Of a DNA stretch of 64,000 nucleotides, positions 56,392-64,000 are shown piece after piece. The stretch comes from Eledone cirrhosa (taxonomy: Eukaryota): positions 24,180,001 to 24,244,000 of the forward strand of contig OZ024757.1 of the NCBI GenBank assembly GCA_964016885.1, written 5' to 3'. A program made the translations under genes and the position numbers. Under the pieces are notes generated by a model. The model saw nothing but the letters and a program-made list of their open reading frames with translations. It did no database searches and had not been told where the DNA came from. How positions within the stretch are numbered: position 1 is the first letter of the stretch; the number at the start of each line of letters is the position of its first letter.

Positions 56392-56525
56392 TCTTCCTAT
56401 TTTACGACCGGCTCCACTTTCTTCCAGTAAAATGTAGTGTCCCTTTTCTTCGACTTCCAAGATCGAAACTGGTCCGGAGGATGATCGATTGATTGTTAAA
56501 CGACCTTGTGAGCCGCTAGATATGC
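56392..56525 (-). CDS. IF gene 2 exon 8-equivalent
   Basis: ctgtcgttacag| ... |gtaagc; 134 nt; GRLTINRSSSGPVSILEVEEKGHYILLEE. Confidence 0.92.
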
Positions 56526-57792
56526 CTGTAACGACAGAAATAAATAAAATAAGACCAGAAAGAAGAGGCATGAAGGAAAAAAAATAGTCATTGAGGAGGT
56601 CACAGAATGTGTGACAAAAGAGATTTGACGAACTAACTAATCTATACAATTAAGTCGAATCGTGTCCGTGTGTCAGTCCACCGATGGAAGTGGGATGGTG
56701 AACATTCTACGCCGAAAAAATAATCAAACAGCGTTTCAAATCTGTGTGAGTATATCTGTGTGCGTGTATGATGATTATGTGAATGTTTGTGTGTGTATGT
56801 ATGTATGTATGTATGTATGTATGTATGTATGTATGTATGTATGTATGTATGTATGTATGTATGTATGTGTGTGTCAGGTCACCAGTTGGTGCTATTGGTA
56901 ACATGTATCCCAGTACAACCTGTCTCATGGTCGGGTCGTTGGCAACTAAACTGGCAACCCCACCAAGGTTTCTTGGTGAGGAGGGTGGCTTTGGACAAAC
57001 CTGTCAAAAGGCAAAGGGGCTCTTAAGAGTCAATAGCCATCCAAAATCACCGGGAGAGATGACCCCTTAGCCTTTGTCAAGGCAGAATTCTAGGAGAAGG
57101 AAAACTCTGATATAACACCTGCAACCCTGATGGTATCCAATGATGTTGAATTGTTCTTCTTTTTGGTAAATATCATCTTGGTTAAGAGAGTGGGACTGGC
57201 TTTGTGCAGTGCCTTTGCTCACTATAAAAGCTTCATGGCACAGGCATTGCTTTATATCTGGAGATCTCTCTGCACTTGTCATCACATGGTACCATGGGCC
57301 CAGCACTATGTGTCAATAATTGTCACAAGTGTAGTGTTTGTACAGAGTTTTCAAGTCGCTGGCTGGACTCAAAAGTCACACTCGTTCAGCGCATTGGTAG
57401 GGGTTCTCCTACATGGATATAAAGTAGTGGCCGTACTCGAAAACGAGTTGGCAGCCACCATGTATGTTTGTATGTATGTATGTATGTATGTGTGTGACAA
57501 ACATTCACATAATCATAACAATCAATGTGTGTAGCCAATACGCTATACATACACACACAGAGACGTAGTTTTTTCACCTCCCCCATTCGGCCCTTTTACA
57601 CACACATACAAGGAAAACATCAGGAAAGGGCTTTCCTTATGATTTATATATTAAATATTGTATATATGTGTATACCCTGCTCCCCCCCTTCTCTCTCTCT
57701 CTCGCTCTCGCTCTCGCTCTCTCTCTCTCGCTCTCGCTCTCTCGCTCTCGCTCTCTCTCTCGCTCTCTCTCTCTCTCTCGCTCTCTCTCTCG

Positions 57793-57908
<116 letters not shown>

Positions 57909-58599
57909 CACGAAAAGATTCAGGACTCCGACGCTGGGCTCCAGCCATTTCAACAGTTATGGTCCACCTGGTATCTTACCACACCCTTGATGACGGATAT
58001 TCTTGGCTTCTATTTTTAATTCTTCATTTCATATATATATCCTATTTGCAACAACACAGCTCGCCATTTTTCATTCATATATGCTTTCCCCTTCGCTGTG
58101 ACCTGTCTTTTTCTCTTCCATTACTGCTATCCACTTTCTCTCTACCCCTTCTCTCTCCTTCTACCTCTTACTTTCACTCACCCCCTCTGCTAGTCACCCT
58201 CTCTCAGCTAGCCTCTTCCTCACACTTTCACTCACTCTCCGCTACTCACCCTCTCTCTCACTTCCTCCATCGACCCACACCGTTCGAGATTCTTTCCTCG
58301 CTCACATACGCACGGCCAAGATGTGTCTTTGCCTTCTCGCCAATATTCGCAAGTTCTTATGTTCAAAATGAATTATTGACTTGATTTTCTCATTTTTTCC
58401 TCTCTTTACGTTGCCTCACCATTCATGTTTGTTTACCTGTCTCTCTTTCTCCACCCAACTCTTTTTATCCCAATAACTTAATTTAGTTATTGTATCGCCC
58501 TAGGTTGAGGTATATTGTCTGTAATGCGAAGAAATACCTATGATGGCTAGTAGACAACTGATGACGGATATTCCTGGCTTTTATTTCTAATTCTTCATT

Positions 58600-58637
<38 letters not shown>

Positions 58638-58858
58638 TTAAGTTAACGAGAGATCGCTTAAGGTAATCCAAGTAGGGGTTATGAGTACTCTGTATCGAGG
58701 ATAGTTCTAAGGTTCGGCGTTGTTTGACTCAACAAGAAGTTTCCTTAGTCAGGTGGCCGATTCAAGACAGGTCATATTTAAACGGTTCTAATAGTATTTG
58801 AGTGAAGAGTAACGTGGATTGGCTGTAAAATAGGGTTTATTCATAAATGTTTACTTAC

Positions 58859-58986
58859 TGCTCTCTGCTGCCATGGATCTGTACCCCGATCTGCTACTAG
58901 TACTACTCATGATGGCCCCTGAAAGTGCCTCTTCTTGTGTAGTCTGGTAACTTCCCACCGCGCGAACCATTCCACCAAGACTTATC
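58859..58986 (-). CDS. IF gene 2 (tandem paralog) exon 7-equivalent
   Basis: tttttgtgcaacag| ... |gtaagt; 128 nt, same phases as gene 1 exon 7; ISLGGMVRAVGSYQTTQEEALSGAIM. Confidence 0.9.
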
Positions 58987-59111
58987 CTGTTGCACAAAAA
59001 ATACGTAAAATAAAAATAATTAGTTGCCCAACAAAAGATTGTAGTTGAACTTATCAAACACAAACTTATATGTGTATATATATATATGTGTGTGTGTGTG
59101 TATATATATTT

Positions 59112-59390
59112 CTAGGGCGGGTAAAATTCCCGAGATCCATGGACGAGTTCTCTCCAGTGGTCTCTGACCCTCATTATCGCTGCCATGCCTTGCGTCTCCA
59201 ACAGACCAGTGTCGGTCTTTAGGACATCGACATATGTTAACTTTGGTCTTCCTCTTCCAGTGTGTCCATGTAGGGGCTCCCACTGAGCTGTATGGGAGCC
59301 TCCCAAAATTCAGCGCAAAAGTGACACAGAGGAGGCTGAGGTTAGCTGGACATGCTCACCGACATCCAGAGTTGACATTGCACTCAGTGT
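59112..59390 (-). mobile_element. RTE-X-like LINE 3' end with an inverted 5' segment
   Basis: Same family as 21553-21700; 59112-59283 on minus, 59285-59390 on plus. Confidence 0.8.
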
Positions 59391-59956
59391 ATATATATGT
59401 GTACATATATATGTATATATGTGTATATATTTATATATGTGTATATACATGTGCATAAATAATTATATATATATGTGTGTATATATAAATATGTGTGTGT
59501 GTATATATATATATATATATGTGTGTATATATATATGTGTATAAATATATGTGTATATATATATGTATATATGTGTGTATAAATGTGTATATATAAGTGT
59601 GTATAAATGTATATATTTGTGTGTATATATATATGTATGTAACTGTGTGTATAAATATATATGTATATAACTATATATGTATATATTTATATATAGAAAT
59701 ATATATGTATGTATATGTATATATGTATATGTATGTATGTATATGTATGTATATGTGTATATGTATGTATGTATATGTATATATAGATATGTACGTATAT
59801 CTATATATGTACGTATATCTATTTATATATGTGTATGTATATGTATGTATATATGTATGTATATGTATATGTATATATGTATGTATGTATATGTATATAT
59901 GTATGTATATGTATATATGTATGTATATATATATATGTATATATATATATATGTAT

Positions 59957-59990
<34 letters not shown>

Positions 59991-60223
59991 GTATATGTAT
60001 ATGTATGTATATATATATATATGTATATGTATGTATATATATATATATGTATGTATATATATATATATGTGTGTATATGTATGTATATATATATATATGT
60101 ATATGTATGTATATATATATATATGTATATGTATGTATATATATATATATGTATATGTATGTATATATATATATGTATATGTATGTATATATATATATAT
60201 ATGTATATGTATGTATATATATG

Positions 60224-60308
<85 letters not shown>

Positions 60309-60357
60309 GTATGTATATATATATATATATGTATGTATATATATATATATATGTATG

Positions 60358-60395
<38 letters not shown>

Positions 60396-60401
60396 TGTAT
60401 G

Positions 60402-60439
<38 letters not shown>

Positions 60440-60445
60440 TGTATG

Positions 60446-60481
<36 letters not shown>

Positions 60482-60535
60482 TGTATGTATATATATATAT
60501 ATGTATGTATATATATATGTATATATATGTATATC

Positions 60536-60566
<31 letters not shown>

Positions 60567-60630
60567 GTATGTATATATATATATATATATGTATATCTAT
60601 TATATATATGTATATATATATATATGTATG

Positions 60631-60727
<97 letters not shown>

Positions 60728-60923
60728 GTATATATATATTTCGTTTCTGAATTTGTTTAGCAAGATTCTTTATCTGAAATCGTGTGTTGAAAACGATATT
60801 GTTTATACTTTGGGAGGGTCATGTTGCCAATAAGACTTTATATATAGAAATATATATGTATATGTATGGGTCATGTTGCCAATACTTATTGGCAACATGA
60901 CCCTCCCAAAGTATAACAATATG

Positions 60924-60954
<31 letters not shown>

Positions 60955-60959
60955 GTATG

Positions 60960-60993
<34 letters not shown>

Positions 60994-61194
60994 ATATATA
61001 TATGTATATATATATATAATATATATATGTATATATATATATAATATATATATGTATATATATAATATATATATGTATATATAATATATATATATGTATA
61101 TATATATGTATATATATAATATATATATGTATATATATATAATATATATGTATATATATATATAATATATGTATATATATATATATAATATATG

Positions 61195-61227
<33 letters not shown>

Positions 61228-61228
61228 G

Positions 61229-61259
<31 letters not shown>

Positions 61260-61311
61260 GTATATATATATGTATATATATATATATATATGTATAATAT
61301 ATATGTATATA

Positions 61312-61368
<57 letters not shown>

Positions 61369-61407
61369 ATATATATGTATATATATATATATATGTATAT
61401 ATATATG

Positions 61408-61440
<33 letters not shown>

Positions 61441-61499
61441 GTATATATATATATATGTATATATATGTATATATATATGTATATATATATGTATATATG

Positions 61500-61572
<73 letters not shown>

Positions 61573-61581
61573 GTATATATG

Positions 61582-61614
<33 letters not shown>

Positions 61615-61623
61615 GTATATATG

Positions 61624-61682
<59 letters not shown>

Positions 61683-61693
61683 GTATATATATG

Positions 61694-61758
<65 letters not shown>

Positions 61759-61783
61759 GTATATATATATGTATATATATATG

Positions 61784-61814
<31 letters not shown>

Positions 61815-61815
61815 G

Positions 61816-61850
<35 letters not shown>

Positions 61851-62023
61851 GTATATATATATGTATATATATATGTATATATATATATATGTATATATAT
61901 ATATGTATATATATGTATATATATATATATGTATATATATATGTATATATATGTATATGTATATATATGTATATATATATGTATATATATATGTATATAT
62001 ATATATATATGTATATATATATG

Positions 62024-62054
<31 letters not shown>

Positions 62055-62133
62055 GTATATATATATGTATATATATATATATGTATATATACATATATGT
62101 ATATATATATGTATATATATATGTATATATACA

Positions 62134-62164
<31 letters not shown>

Positions 62165-62217
62165 GTATATATATATGTATATATATATATATGTATATAT
62201 ATATGTATATATATATG

Positions 62218-62264
<47 letters not shown>

Positions 62265-62401
62265 GTATATATATATATATGTATATATATATATGTATAT
62301 ATATATGTATATATATATATGTATATATATATATATGTATATATATATATGTATATATATATGTATATATATATGTATATATATATGTATCTATATATAT
62401 G

Positions 62402-62446
<45 letters not shown>

Positions 62447-62523
62447 GTATATATATATGTATATATATATGTATGTATATATATATGTATCTATATATAT
62501 GTATATATATATATGTATATATA

Positions 62524-62578
<55 letters not shown>
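59390..62578. repeat. long interrupted (TA)n/(TATG)n microsatellite fields
   Basis: Direct reading; similar fields at 12345-12866, 22433-23090, 25953-26620, 35168-35553, 63284-63824 and elsewhere. Confidence 0.95.
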
Positions 62579-62711
62579 GCAAAGTTTTATTTAAATTGTT
62601 GGGTTTACAACGAGTAAATATTTATAACTGGATATAAAAGCACTCAACAAGTATTTGGAGTATATTTACGATATTAAATAAATGGAAACTATATTTATAA
62701 AACCATATTTA

Positions 62712-62773
62712 TTTCATTATATATATTTCAGGGATATCACATTAAAAATATGGTATGCCTTCCTCAGACAAAA
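62712..62773 (-). ncRNA. minimal hammerhead ribozyme motif (family C)
   Basis: Reverse complement of 62925-62986. Confidence 0.68.
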
Positions 62774-62924
62774 TACAATATAAACAGTCTTATAAATAGA
62801 TAGATTTGACATACCTTTCAACTTCATCTTCCATTTAAAAAAAAATCAAATCAACTTTTTAAATGCAAGATGAAGTTGAAAGGTATGTCAAATCTATCTA
62901 TTTATAAGGACTGTTTATATTGTA

Positions 62925-62986
62925 TTTTGTCTGAGGAAGGCATACCATATTTTTAATGTGATATCCCTGAAATATATATAATGAAA
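62925..62986 (+). ncRNA. minimal hammerhead ribozyme motif (family C)
   Basis: ttttgt CTGAGGA AGGCATACCATAT-TTTTA-ATGTGATATCCCT GAAA TATATATA atgaaa, then AATAAA. Confidence 0.68.
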
Positions 62987-63054
62987 TAAATATGGTTTTA
63001 TAAATATAGTTTCCATTTATTTAATATCGTATGTATATATATATATATATATGT

Positions 63055-63180
63055 GAAGGCGTGTGGCTGAGTGGTTAGAGTATTGGATTCACAATCGTGA
63101 GGTTGTGAGTTCGATTCCTGAACCAGGAGATGCGTTTATGTCCCTTGAGCAAGACACTTTATTTCACGTTGCTCCTTCTA
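63055..63180 (+). mobile_element. tRNA-derived SINE family 2 (5' part)
   Basis: TGGCTGAGTGG A-box and GAGTTCGATTCC B-box followed by the SINE core. Confidence 0.75.
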
Positions 63181-63282
63181 CCTGGAGTTGCGACCGATAG
63201 ATAGTATTAGCAATTGGAAAGACCAACGGAAACATAGTTTCCTCGGTCCGATTTGACGAAAGTCGATCGACTAGAATAAAAA

Positions 63283-63386
<104 letters not shown>

Positions 63387-63393
63387 ATATATG

Positions 63394-63442
<49 letters not shown>

Positions 63443-63475
63443 ATATATGTATATATATATATATATGTATATATG

Positions 63476-63534
<59 letters not shown>

Positions 63535-63581
63535 GTATGTATATATATATATATGTATATATGTATATATATATATGTATG

Positions 63582-63799
<218 letters not shown>

Positions 63800-64000
63800 G
63801 TATATATATATATGTATATATATGTAGATAAATCTACCAAGAGTTTACGGTAGTGTCCAATCCGTATGAAGAACTCAATGTATGAAGAACTCAATGTATA
63901 ATTTTGTATAATTTTGTACATAGATCTGTTGAATATGCATGCCAATTCTAACACATATTATATCCTAGAAACGATCGTTAAATAATGAACTTTTTTTTGT

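Noticed and set aside
63055-63130. tRNA gene
   Set aside because: A and B boxes present, but no proper acceptor stem and it continues into a multi-copy SINE core

Overview
Eukaryotic, AT-rich, microsatellite-saturated animal DNA. The repeat content is typical of a coleoid cephalopod such as octopus (inference). Reading splice sites by hand gives a complete 11-exon minus-strand gene (ATG 32161 to TAA 1853, 1680 nt, 559 aa) for a cytoplasmic intermediate filament (IF) protein with a long coil 1b and a lamin-tail domain. The last five exons of a tandem paralog lie upstream on the same strand (58986 to TAG 51147). The rest is decayed LINEs (CR1, RTE, Tx1, R4/Dong, Penelope), SINEs, MITEs and simple repeats. 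The most striking non-coding signal is 14 minimal hammerhead-ribozyme motifs with an intact CTGANGA/GAAA core in several sequence families, plus decayed ones. Most sit beside (TA)n tracts and ten are in long inverted-repeat pairs. Several families share a C-C mismatch at the same stem II position with covarying neighbours. Two sense-strand hammerheads lie in the intron whose read-through would give a tail-less IF isoform. Also present: a 16-copy array of a real splice donor, a minisatellite derived from a LINE 3' end, and a twin-priming-type LINE inversion. Most ORFs in the supplied track are microsatellite artefacts. Repeat boundaries are approximate.
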